64,000 nt of DNA, taken from assembly GCA_905178155.1 (NCBI GenBank), contig CAJINV010000018.1, positions 192,479 through 256,478 on the forward strand. Direction: 5' to 3'. This stretch comes from Amoebophrya sp. A120. Lineage: Eukaryota > Protista > Dinoflagellata. Shown here piece after piece: positions 1-12,900 of the stretch. The notes beneath the pieces are model-generated. The model saw nothing but the letters and a program-made list of their open reading frames with translations, was not told where the DNA came from and did not search any database. Both the position numbers and the translations under genes were made by a program. Position 1 is the first letter of the stretch. Every line of letters starts with the position of its first letter.

Positions 1-975
1 TGCGCAACCTCCGTCAGTTCGGCCACCAGTTCGTGCTGGCTGCGTTCGCCCGGGACGAAAAACTGGCCGGACGCGACGGTCGGAACGTTCACGAATCCGT
101 TGTTTCGCATCATCTCGTCCATCCAAAGGCGCCACTCGTTGATATTCCTGTACTTGCCCGCGAAGAAGAAGTTCAAATAGCGATCCACATTCCGGCTGCC
201 CACAAGTTTCAGTCTCTCCGACTCCGGATCTTGGCCCTCGCCTTCATCGTTTGTCCGCTTCCGGTAGTGCTTCCCAGCACCGCGGCGGACGCCGGAGGCC
301 CCGTAGGAACCCGTTCCATACGTGACAAAGTCGTCAGAAATTTGCAGGTCGCGCACGTCGTCGTTTTGCGCCAGGTAGAGTCCGGAAGCCCTTGTGTTTT
401 TCCCCGTATTACCCGGCAGGTCTTTCACGTCTTCAATCGAGCCATACCTCGGGTCTAGGCTTTGCAAGCCGGTTTTCAGGCGCTGCTTGTCCTCGCGGGA
501 GCCGAGGTAGTCCTCGTAGACGAGACTGCCGCCAACGTTGTGCCGCTTGTCCGTGTAGTAGTCTGGGAACCACTGTCTGTCTTGGTCCGACACCCGCACT
601 TGGTGCTTCCGGTTCGACTCGTCGCCGTCCTCGCTAAAATGCTCGAAGGAGTACTTGGTGTGCCAGCCCGGCGCCTGCATGAAGAGCGTCTTTTCCGATA
701 GTCTGTGCAGGGCGTCTTTCGCCTTCACCGCAACCCGCAAGCGCTTCTCGATCCCGTAGGCAGACTGCGCTAGCTTGTCCTCGGGCGAGAACCTGCCGAA
801 CGCCGCGTTGCTGTTAGTGAAGGCCTTGGACAGCATGAATCGCTGCATCAGCTCCCGCTTCACGCGGTTCTCTTCCCGCCGCTGCATTTTTCTGCGGAGA
901 AAGAAGTTCTTGCGCATGCCCACGTCGATCAAGTGGAAGGTCTGCGTCGCGGAAATTTCGCTGCAGATCTGCTTT
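1..975 (-). CDS. Exon of giant gene (3'-most, runs off window)
   Basis: Minus frame KQICSEISATQTF...NVDRYLNFFFAGKYRNINEWRLWMDE. The + ORFs 33..458 and 462..701 are its antisense shadows. Confidence 0.8.
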
Positions 976-3900
976 TATCAAATGCAAATATGTCTGGGTC
1001 CCATGGAAGAGTACACGACTTGTCATGCTTTTTGCAGACCACACACTCGGTCTGGAATGAGATTTCGCGAGACAGACCTTAATCATGAGTATCCCGCATT
1101 AGTAGAAATCAACCTTTTATTGCCCAGCAAGGAGTGAGCAGCTTTATTTGGCGTTCCTGCAACTACTTACCCAAATCTTTTTGTAATCGGGATTTTTTCG
1201 CATGACAGGTTAAAACTCCAGACCCAGACTACATATTTGCAATGCATAGCTTCTGGTGTTTTTCCATTCGAAGGAGCTCGCGCACGCGCTGCAGGGTGAT
1301 AGGGTCGAAGTCCGTCAGTTCGCGCTTGTCGATCGCGCCTTCGTCTTGGTGCTCCAGAATCAACAGGTTGTACGCGCTCTCCTCCTGGTTGCTGCGCCAT
1401 TTGCCCTGGTTATGTTCCTTCAAGTTGCGCGAAATCGGTTTGCACAGCTTGTCGTAGATGTGACCAAAGAAATCGTTCAGCTCGTGTCGGCTGCGCGCCC
1501 AGAATCCGGTGTCGGCAGTCTGCCAAACAGAGAGGAGTGCGTGGAAGGCATCCGCATACTCAATGTGGTACATGACATCGCGCATGCCAACCCGGGGGTT
1601 TTATGGTCTTCGAAAATTTGAAGTGCATCCTTGTTTCAGTTTCTACCCGTGATTTAGTACGTGCTGACTTCATCGCAGCTTTCGTAGCAGTTTCCGTGCA
1701 AGAGCTGTGCCACCATATGTTCTCTTTCCGAAGTATATCTTTTGTTTCTTTGCAACCAATAGGACATCCGGATACACAAAAATGGCAATAGCTCGCCAAG
1801 CCAATTCGTCTCACGGGTAGAGACAGACACACAGAAACTCAATTACAACAAATTTTTTGTGATACCCGATTCTGAACGGCTCCGATCGAGCGCGGCGGAG
1901 TGACAACGTACGTCATATGGCTGTTGTCGGGACGAATTATAAATCTTGCTACTCTGTCGGCGGGTGGCTCGGTAACGTACATGAAGGCGTCGGCCGCGAG
2001 GCGGAACATGGAGACCAGGTTGCTCTCGCTGTGCTGCTCGTAGGCCGACCGGGCTGCGTGGACGGAGCCAAACGGAATTGCCGGAGGCAGGAGCTGCATT
2101 CGCTCGCCCGCTCGCAGAAATGCCTCCGGGGGAGACAGCGCGTGTTCCAAATTGCGCAAGAAGTCGCTTTGCAAGTGCGGCGACACGTCGGTCACGGCTT
2201 GGATTTGCGCCGCAGCCGCGTCCTCGTTCTGTCCTCGTCCCGCCTTGCTGACGAACTGTTCGCGAATCCAGCGGAAAATCGGCGCCAACACGGTTTGCTG
2301 CAGCATCTCCTCCGTTTCGGTTTGCATCGCGATGATCTTGGCCAGAATGCGTTTGCCCCGCAACAGGAAATCGGTCGCGGGGTACATGCGTTTCAGCGTT
2401 CGATACTGTGGGTGCGACGCGATCGGGTAGGTCACGTCCCGGCAATCCTTCGTGCGCAGACCGGCGTTGAACCCGCTGTTGTGCATCTGGGTCACGGTTT
2501 TCTTTTTCTTCTTCAGTTCCGCCTCGATTTCCTGGGGCGTCATGTTCGGGTCCAGATTCGCCGCTCTCCCGGCACGCCGCTTTTCTTCGTCGCTCGCGCC
2601 GGCCCCCGTGGCAGACTCCGTTCCCTGCGGCAGGAAACCATCCACAGCCATGTCGTCGCCGTCGAGGCCGAAGTTGAAAAATTTCGGATCATCCGCCAGC
2701 CGCTTTCGCGGAATCCGGCGCAGCCGCCAGGCCTCGTGCGCCTTGGCCTTCCACCGCTGCTCGTCTTGCCACTCCTGGTCTAGCCAACTCTTGTACCGCG
2801 CCGCGGTCAAAAGCCGCTCCGTGTCGAAGCTGTCGTCGTGCAACGCCACCGCGTATCAATGGCAAATATCTCCTCTGGGTCTGGAAGATGAAATTTGTAA
2901 CGCTAAGACTGAAAGTAGTACGAGTAGTGCAGGCGATCATGCACAGATTCCAATAGGCAGGGAGGCCGCATGCCAACAAGTTTCTGACCACCTGCCATGT
3001 CTTCAGTGCTGTGGTCACATCCGATTAATAAGCCCACATGACTAGTACAAATGGCGCGCCGTTTCTGTGCTGACAAACAAATGGACACTGCTTCGCCATA
3101 TCAGGCATAGACAGGCTTTGCTACAACTTTTATTCATATTGATTCTCCCCTGCTAGCAGCCAAGCAAGACAAACGCACACCTACACATCCGGTCAGACCC
3201 AGATCGACATTCGCGGTGCCTACGGCGACAAACTCAATCGCCGTCTGCAGGGCCTGATACTCCTCCGCGGAAATTTCGTGCGCGGCCTCGACTTCCTTCT
3301 GCGCGGCCTCCACCAACTCGTTGCTCTGCTTCAGGCGGTCCTCGAGTTCCTTGCGCTTCGGGTCTTTCTCCGTGGTCTCGGATTTCAACACCTCCAACTG
3401 CTGCTTCAAGGCGTTGCGCTCCACCTGCTTGGCCGACATGCGCAACTCGGCGTCAAACTTCTTGTCGCGGATCATGCGTGACTGCGGAAAAAACTTCTCA
3501 GCGTTTAGCACCGTGGCGTGCTTTAGGCACTCGCCGACGGAGACGTGGTCCTCCTGGCTCTGCTTAATCATCGCCTTGTAGTTCTGAATCGGCGACTCGT
3601 ACTGCTTCCGCTGGTACTCGTGATCGTGGACCAGGTCGCTCTCGATCTTCCGGGGGTTCCTCGTGTTGTGCTGAAAGTTAACGTGGAAGTACCCAAACAC
3701 CCCGCGGTCCTCGTGCGTGTCGCGGGGCAACGTGTGGATGCGCAGGTCTTCAACTGGTGCACCCGCAGAATCTTCGCCGGCCTTCGAGGCGTTCGCGGCG
3801 GCCTCGGCCGCAGCTTTCTCTGTCGCGCCGTCGCCCTTTTTTCCAGCAGCTGCCTCAACAGCCTGCTGGAGTCCACCAAATCCGCCACCTGCGAAAAAAA

Positions 3901-6900
3901 TGCCGGCACCCAGACCTGCGGCTTTTCGGGCTCCGGTCTCAGCTTGCTGGTAGCCTTGCACGAACCAGTCCTCGTTCATTTCCGCAAATTCCTCCCCCTC
4001 CGATGCTGGAACAATCCCGAGCCCAGCGAGGGCGTTCTCAACACCCGGAACACCAAATGTGCTTCCCAGGAAGCCAGCGAGCTTCCCCATCCCTTTGCCG
4101 AGAAGGCCCGGAAGCAACGCCTTCTTCTCGAACCGCAGCCGGTCGTAGCCGGCCCCGATGCGGTAGCGGATCCAAATGCCCTTCTTTGTCATGTACGGAT
4201 TCCGCGTGGATGCGGGGTGCTGGTCGGCTTCGTCCAACTCCTCGCCAATCTTGTCCCCCCGCTCCTGGAGCAGCTGGTCGACCAACTTTTTCGTTTGCGC
4301 CCGCGGAAGCATCACTTTCCGCAACTTCCCCTCAGTCACGATGGACGGATCGTTCCGGGTGGCCACGCGGCTGAAGCTATACCCGTCAGCACCGCCACGC
4401 CGGCTGTTCCCGGTGTACACCTGGTCCGTGGGCCAGGAGCCGCCCGTCGCGGGAAACCGGGCGAACAGACCGTTTTCCATGCCGTCCATCTCCTTCAACG
4501 TGGACACATCGACAACGGACGCGAGAGTTTCATGTGCGGCCATTGCCTCGATGGACTTGCGCCGCCGGCGCTTATCCTCGTTGACGCGCACTTGTTGTTG
4601 CTGCTCGCTCTCCCGCAGCATCCGTTCCTCCTCCTGTTGGGCCTGCTTTCGGGCGTACCAGGCACGGGCCTTGTCCATGAGATCTTCTTTTATGCATATG
4701 AAATTCATGTTCTCGGTGACACCTTCGGGAAAAATGAAAGACGACCACACTTGTTTCGAACTACAAGGATGGACCACATGAGTCGTATATCATTACCGAG
4801 CTGCAGGTCGGTCGTATATTAAGTGGTGATGCTGTACTAGTGCAGCATTCCCTTTCCACCAGGCCGCAACACAATAAATCTCATTCACATTTGATAATGC
4901 GCTTTTTTTCATCTTTTTCGTCTGCAAGTTTTTGAGCAAGGGCTGCATTGAGCTGAAACGTGTCTAGCTCCGCAACGTCCCGCAAGTCCTCGTCCATGAG
5001 GCCAATCTCGTTCTCCGACTCGTCGGTCATGCCCTGCACCTGGCTCGGCACCACGGTCCGCAAGAACGCGGACACCGGGACCGTTCTGTGCTGGTGGAAT
5101 TGCCACGCGAGATTCGCGTCGTTCCACTGCAGGCGGCCGGTCGCCTCATTGAGCCGCAGCTGGTTCGCGGAAAAGTATTCCGGGTACTCGCCCATCTCGT
5201 GCGCCATTTCGAACCACACCTTCGCCTTTTCTAAGCCGGTGATCAGCGCGTCAGCCGCTTCGAGCACCTTGTTTTTGAACTTGTAAATCTGCTCGCTGTG
5301 CTGGTAGCTCGCCGTGGCCAGGGCAGACTTCACGATTTTGTTCGCCTGCATCAGCATTCGCAAGGTTCGCGACGTGCCTTGTAGCACGGCGTCAGACAGG
5401 TCGAGCGCGATGTCGCCCTCCGACTCCACGATGGAGTTGTGATCCCCGTCCCCCTCATAGGCGTCATCCGTGTCGTCTAGCTTGTGCGGTTTTGCAGGTT
5501 TTTTGCTACTCGGATTTGCCGACCCCGCTTCTTCCAAATCACTTGGGTCATCATCGTCCTCGGATTCCATGTATCCATTGCAAATATGTCTGGGTGGTCC
5601 TCAGGAAGAATGCACTTGTTTGTTATGCATGTTTCGGATCAGGCAAATGGTTTCTGATGGAGGCAAAAGCATCACAGGTTTTGAGCACGCCTGCTCTTGA
5701 TGCCTGTCCCGCATGAGAACCTTCCTACTTGCGTACCAAAAAATGGCCAGCGTTTGACGCTCATGCAACACAAATTTTTGTGTGTTCCAGAGTTTGCATC
5801 ACAAGTTCCCAATTCTTCCAGACCCAGACATATTTGCAATGCATACCATGCTTGGCAACCCCAGTTTCTTCCGGCGCAGGGGGTTCAACGGCTCCGCCTT
5901 CATTGCCGTATCCGGCCCGCTATGCCTTGCAAAAGTATCGTACTCGTAGTAATTGCAACTATGCATTACAAATCTCCATCCAAAGGTAAAACAGCATGAC
6001 AAATTCCATTTGTCATGCTGAGCGAACTTGTAATGCAATTACTACTAATACGAATACGATGCTTTTTCACAGGATACCCACCCTGCCGCTGCGTGAAGTA
6101 GGCGACCGCCGCTTGATCCAAGAATTGGAGCGCTTTTTCCCCCCGTTGCACAACAGCTTTCTCGAAGTCGGACTTCGACGAGTGCTCCTCAATCTGCTCG
6201 AATAAGTTCGCTGTTTGTTGCAATAGCTGCTGCGTGTCTTGCACACTCGCGCGTGCGGTGTCGTAGTAGCCACGGCGAATCTGCAGAATTTCCGAGTTCG
6301 TTGTCCCACTGCCGGACGGAAACTCGGCGACATCGGGAAGACGTTCGATACTGCCGTGCTGTCCCAGCCTCTCGTTCCGCCTGCGGATTTGCCAATTGCG
6401 GTTCTGGTACGGCTGGCGATCAGCACCGCTCCCGTCTAACAACGCCTCGATCGCAATGCTGCCCTCGTCGACAATTTCAATCTCGTCATCCACAGTGAAC
6501 CAGTTTTGGCTCGGGACTGCGAGAAACGGATGGAACCGCTTGTGCTGCTGCGAGAACTGTCTCATTTGCTCGCGACCTGCACTGCCGGCAACGAGACCGG
6601 CAACTTCCTGGGCTTCGAAGCTCGTGTACGCGTTTATGAACGTGGTAGCCGAGGAACCGGGGGCCTTCAGCCAACCGCGAATGCGCTGTTTCTCCTGCTG
6701 AAGTAGCAGCAATTCGTCGTCCGGGTGGGTAAATTTCCCGCGGAACGCGACGCGGGTGTCAAACAGGGGCTTGCCATCCACGAGAATCTGCGCAAACGTC
6801 CCTTTGCGCAACACCTTGTCCCCGCCGAGCGTGGCAGCATTGGCGCCCATCGCTTCCTCACTCAAATGTTCGAGCTGCGCCTCGGTGATAAGGTCGCGCG

Positions 6901-9900
6901 TTCGCTCGTCCTGCCCAATCCGGGAGTTCAAGTGCCGCACTGCAGCCGGATTCCCGTCCAGCACCGCTTTCGTGGCTTCCACTTCCACGATTGCAGGGTT
7001 GTTCTTCATTCGCTGCTCTAACAGCCACTGTGCCCGTGCCCGGACCCGGACCTCGTACAGCTGCCACAGTTTGTGGATCCGCGCTTGCACCCAATTCAAC
7101 TGTTGGGTGATGCCAATCGCGAGTCTTCGCGTCCCGCGGGCGGTGCGGCGTGCCAAAATGGCCGCAATGGGATTCACCGCCCCGTGCGCGTCCGCGAGTT
7201 GCGCGGTGGCCGCTTCGATGGTCGGGAACTCGACGGAGTCACCAGCCAATTCCGCGTTTTCTTCCGTTGCCGCGTGCGCGTAATACTCGTTGCTTTTCTT
7301 GAAATACGCTCGCACCACCATCAAGGTCAGCGGGCAGTCCGCTTCGTTCCCAGACGCGGCGTTCGGGCCCAGGATGTAGGCTTTGAAGAGCTTAAACAGC
7401 TTTTCTCGGTAGGCGATTTCCAATTTGTCCACATCCACGAGGAACAAATGCGACATCGACTGCCCCAAATTTGACATCAAAAACGCAGCGATCGGCAGGA
7501 ACTTCGCCCGATTCAAATGCTGGTTGAACGCGAGGAACCGCTTTGCGATATGCATTGCAAATACGTCTAAGTGGTCTACTGGAACAAAGGCGCAGACTTG
7601 TGATGCGCATTTCAGAACACGTAAGGTAGATCTGTCATGCATGGACAGCAGAACCAAAAGTACTTAGCCGTTGCCCACTTCCTGATTGTCGCCGAGTGAG
7701 GCAATGAATTAATTTGCCGTGAGGAGTAGGCATTGTAACCCCTTGTCAAGAACAACCTAAACCTGTGAACATGCTAGGCCGATTACTATGCCAGACCTTC
7801 TGCGTGATGCAAAAACAGCATGGCAACAATGATCTGCATTCTACTTGCTTCCAGACCGAGATCGATATTTGCATTGCATACTCGATCTGTTCGGACAGTG
7901 TGGGCGGGATAAAGAAGTTCGCTTGATTCCTCGGGTTTTCTTTCACTTGGACCGCCGTTTGCAGCTGGGTGGCGTCAACCAGAGCGACCAAGTCACCATT
8001 TCCCTCGTGCGATTTGTCATCCGGGAGGCGCGCCTGGGCGTGTTTCACCACCTGATCCAGACTGACCGCGGTGTCAAGGACCTCTTTCTCTAGCGTATCC
8101 AAAGCCTGCATCATTTGCTTTTGGCTGTTGCCATCCGGCTTCACGACTGGGCTGGCGTTTTCGAAGACGCCCAGGTTCGGGATCGCTGGCACCTCGTCGG
8201 TATGCATTGCAAAAAATATGTCTGGGAGGTCTGGAAACTTCTAATGCTGAGTTGTGAATATAGTGAATGGTCTGTAATGCACAGCCAAGCATGAGAAATA
8301 TTTGCGGGGCCTGGTGTTGCGTTTTCCGCATGACAAACTGCGTTTTTGCATGACAAGCAAAAGGGTCTGCTCTTCTTCGACACGCATCACAGACTTTTCA
8401 GTCATGCCAGACAAGCATGACAAACCATGCAGCCTTCCAGGCCCAGACATATTTGCATTTGATAGTCGAACACGTCTTTCAACACATTCGTCAGCATGTA
8501 GTCCAGCAGCGCCTTGGCGAAGATCTGGCGGTGCACGGTTTGGTGCAGAGAGAGGCGCTCCGCGATGATCGCATTCAGATATCCGAAGCAAAAACGTCCC
8601 CACCCCATAGTCAAGTTCGGAATCTAGCAACACAAGTCGCCAAGTTTTGGGAGCTGTGCATGACAAGTTTTCCTCTACAGTGTAGTGCTGGTTGGCAAGG
8701 GAAGCCACATGAGAGAGCCATTTTCTCATCCTGTTTGCAGCATTACAAATGCCAAAACACAAATGGAAACGCCTCTCATGGAGCTGCGCATTACAAATCG
8801 GTTCCTGTCCTCGTTGCGCATTTGCATGACAACTCTCACCCAGGTGGGAACGTCTTTACTCAGGATATCAGATTCAGGATGTTCAGCATCTCAGCGGGTA
8901 GGAGATCAGAAATGTTCTCGTCGAAGCCGCGCAGAAAATGTTCCGTCTTTTCCGAAATGTCCATTACGCACTGCTTCGTCATGCCAGACATCTCACCCTG
9001 CGCGGAGACAAATTCGCGTTCGAGATTTTTTCGCAACTCATTGTCCTCGTTGTCCCTCTGTTGCTCGGCCGCATGTTTCTGTTCCGCCTCCTTCTGCGCT
9101 TTATTCGCTTCCAGCAGGTCTGTTTTCACACCTCCACCACCTGCTGTCGCGATGGACGACATGGACGACAGCGTCGGGGGCTTTCCCTTCATCATATTCG
9201 ACACAACACTCATCTTCGTCATGGCTGTGCCCAGACCGGCCTTCGCGGCGTCAAACCCGATTTTCGCTTTTTCTGCATACGCTTTTCTCGCGGTCGCGAC
9301 AAAGGCATTCGCTGCACCCTGTGTGCCAGTAGAGGGATCTGAATTAACATCTCCTGCTGGAGGCGGGGCGCCACCACCACCGGTCATTTCGGTCATGACA
9401 GCCATCATGCCTGTCGCGACGTTGGTCTGCTGGTTGATCATGTGCTCTAGCCCCCCATCGATCTCCGTCCACGCGTGCTCATCGTTGTTCTCCGCCAAAT
9501 CGTTGCCGTGCACACGCATCATCACCTTCTGGTAGTTCCCCTCATCCTTCTCATACGTCCGCAAAAACATTTCGCACTCGAGGTACTTGCTCCTGACCCC
9601 CATTTTCCACTTCTGCAACAGAATGTCCACCTCCGCGGCCACGGAATGGTGGGCTTGCTGCTGGAAGTTGACCGTCCAGCGGCTTTGGTCCGCGTACAGG
9701 TGCTCAAACAGCGCGGATTGCCGCTGGAACCGCGCGAAGGGGTTTATTGCAATTTCAGGGTTGTATTGGTCGTTACCTTGGTCTCCAGCAGCAGCATTCG
9801 CAGCCGCTTTTCCCCAGGCGTAATCCGGATCGAGCGACGGCGCTCCTTTCGGTAAAGACATCAACACGTTCATCGTTCTCACTGCGGTCAAAGAAAACCG

Positions 9901-12900
9901 CCAGGTTTCCGCCAAAAGGGATTTCAACTCGTAGTTCCACAACCGCTTGCTCCCCGTCACGACCACCTGCGCCAGCCAGATCTGCACCTTCTCTTTCGTG
10001 ACTTCCATCACCGATTTCGCAGACCCGTTGATGCGCTTCTCGATCTTCCTCTGCTCCTTTTTGTCCAACGCCATGGGGTCGCTGTTCTCGTCAGCGTAAG
10101 TGATCAACTTCGTGATCAAATGGGCGAGAAATTTGGGGTGCGCGTCCCGCGCGATGAACTCATCCGCAGTGGTGAGCTGTTCCAAAACGACCACGGCCGG
10201 GGTGTGGAGCATAGCTTTGAAATTCGTCCAGTCGTCAGCGCTTGGGCCTTTCCGCGCCCCGTCCAAGTACTCGACAAAGTCAATGATCCGCTTCCGCTCC
10301 ATCAAAACCGGGTGCCGCTGCTCCCCGGACGCGAGTTTCCGCAGCGATCTGTCGTTCCGCTTCACTAAAACGTCCGCGGCCAGGAACTTCGCGTCGCTCA
10401 TCCGAAACCATTCGTCCTCATTTTGCCGGTCTTGGGCATTGGGATCGTTTCTGATCAGGTCCGGATGGGGGAACACTCGTTCGCAGATCTTTGTGCGGAG
10501 CTCGTCGTTCTCGTGGCGGGTGTGCAGCGTGACGAACTGGGCAGTGAAGCGGTTCAACGCGGTTTCGACCCGGTCCCGCATTGTCTGCTCGATCGCCTCC
10601 GGGATGATCTTTTCCAGCAAATCTTTCTTAAACAATTTCGTCCGCGCCTCTGCGATCCTCTGGCTTTTCGCGTTCATCTTGCCCATCATGGTCATCGCGT
10701 TGTTCATTTGGTTCGGTGCCGCGTTCGTCGGACCGGTGTTACCCGCAGTAGTTGTACTGCGTCCTCCGCCGGTTATGCTACTAGCTGCCCGGCTGGCCAT
10801 GCCAGTAAGACCCGAAAGCACACCCCCGCCTCCGCCCCCTTGCTCTTGCTGCTGACCGGCCTCGGCTCTGGCCCTGGCTTGGTCGGCGTCCATTTCGGCC
10901 TGGAATTCCCGCGCGATCTCCGCAGATTCGTGCTGGAAAGCGGCATCGAGGAACTTGAAGGTGCGGTGCTTTGTCATCAGGTACTCTTCTAAGGTCGAAA
11001 CCAACTTGTCTAGATACATGTCGAGCTCCATCTTTGGCTTCTTCACCAGCTGATCGAGCAGGGCCTCGTTCTTGCCGCGCACAGTATCTTCAGCCGTTTT
11101 TTCGCTCAAAACCGTTTTCACCACTTCCTCCAGTGCGGCAGCCCAGAATCGAGGTTGGATCTCGGGCATCGCGGTCGTCGCAACCGGGATGTTTTTTATC
11201 CGTTCGTAGCCAACCAGTCGGAGGTTTCTCTCAACATGGAATCCGGAGTGAAACCACTTCAAAAAATTCATGGTCAGTTTTTCTTCGTCCTTTTGCACAT
11301 CCGTCAAAGCACACTTCTCCTGGATCTGGGAAATCGCTTCCAGGATTTTCTCTGCCCACAAATTCATGAACCATTTTTCTGAACTTGGCAGCAATCCGAA
11401 GTCTTCCACCCTCGCGACAGCACCGACTGGCATTTTGGACGGGTCGAAATCGCCGTTTTCATCGCGATACCGGAGGTTTTGCGGTTCCTGCTCCATACCG
11501 ATTGCAGCGGTGGGTTGACTAGGTGCAGGTTGTTGACTCGCGGCAGCTTGCGGCTCCCAGTCGCTGTGGACGTCGTGGAATCCTTCCTTCTCCACTTCCA
11601 TGGCAAGAGTGCCCAGCGCTGACGGCGCAAGCTGAGAACCGGAAGTAGTAGAGCCATGAAGATTCTGCGCATATTCATTCGCCGGCGGCAACAACGGCAC
11701 CGGGTTCAGTTCCGCGTAGCGCTGGCCGTCTTCGCGGCACTTGACCACGATATGCACTGCAAATGTTCTTTCTGGGTCCTCTGGAACATATTCATTGGGA
11801 GTTTCTCCTTAGGCAGTAGATTCTACATGACTACGACCATCTGCGATGTTAGTGACGCATGCTCCAGCATCACAGGTCATAACATAGCGAAGCCGTGCTC
11901 ATGTTGCCGATACTGCATCTTCAGAACTGCCCTCTACTCCGGAGGTTGGCACAGGAGTCTGAGTTCGATATTTTGCTGCTCATGCAATACAGGTTTTTGA
12001 AAAATGTTGATCGAAGGTTAGCAGGGTTAGCTTCAGAAATTCCATTCTTTCCAGACCCAGACCACATATTTGCAAAATGCATACACAAAGTACTTGTAGG
12101 AATTTGTCGCTTTTGTCAGAATCGTGTCTACCGAAGCCTGCAGGGAAATGATATCGACATCTGCGTCCAAACCGTAGCTGTGGTCATTCTTATCCGCCAC
12201 GCGGGTGCCGGATTCTTTGTTCTCAAAAATTCCGCGGAGCGCGCTCGTCGTGCCCGCGACCGTGTGTTCCATCTGCTTGCGGCAGCTGGTATCCCACAGA
12301 AAAAAGCAGACAGGGCATGTTTGCAATGCAAAAGCAAATAGACAGAAAAATCCCTCATGGGCCACCCCATAGCATGCTAATTAGGATATGCAACACATAT
12401 TTTTTTGTATTTTTGCATTACAAATGTGACCTGATTGCTTTTTTCTGTGTGATAGCTGGTCCGCAGCGTCTCACTATCCTCCTTCCGGATCACTTCTAAC
12501 AATCTAAACACCTCGTCTTGGTTGAACGACCGCCAGCTGCCCTGCATGTCGTGCAAGTCCGGCATCAAGTTTGTGTCCAACCGGGTGCCCGTCACGGATT
12601 TTACATCGTAGTTGCAAGGGACCAAAAGCATTTTTTTCAAAATACCCGCCGCCTTGTAGAATTTCTGCACCAAGCCGGTCGTCATAGTCAAGTGCCTGCT
12701 GGCTTCCGCCGACTCCTCGGAGTTCGCCGCGTTTCCGTTCTGCCCCCCGGATTTCAGCGTCAACTCCGTCCCGATGCAGTCGACGTACTTGTTGACTTCC
12801 ATGTGGAAGCGGAGGTTGTTCAAAATCTTCGAATTGTCGAACAACGCCGCCTTCAACTTGCCCGAGTTCGTCTTCGGCTGCTTGCGGTCCGGCCGCCTCG

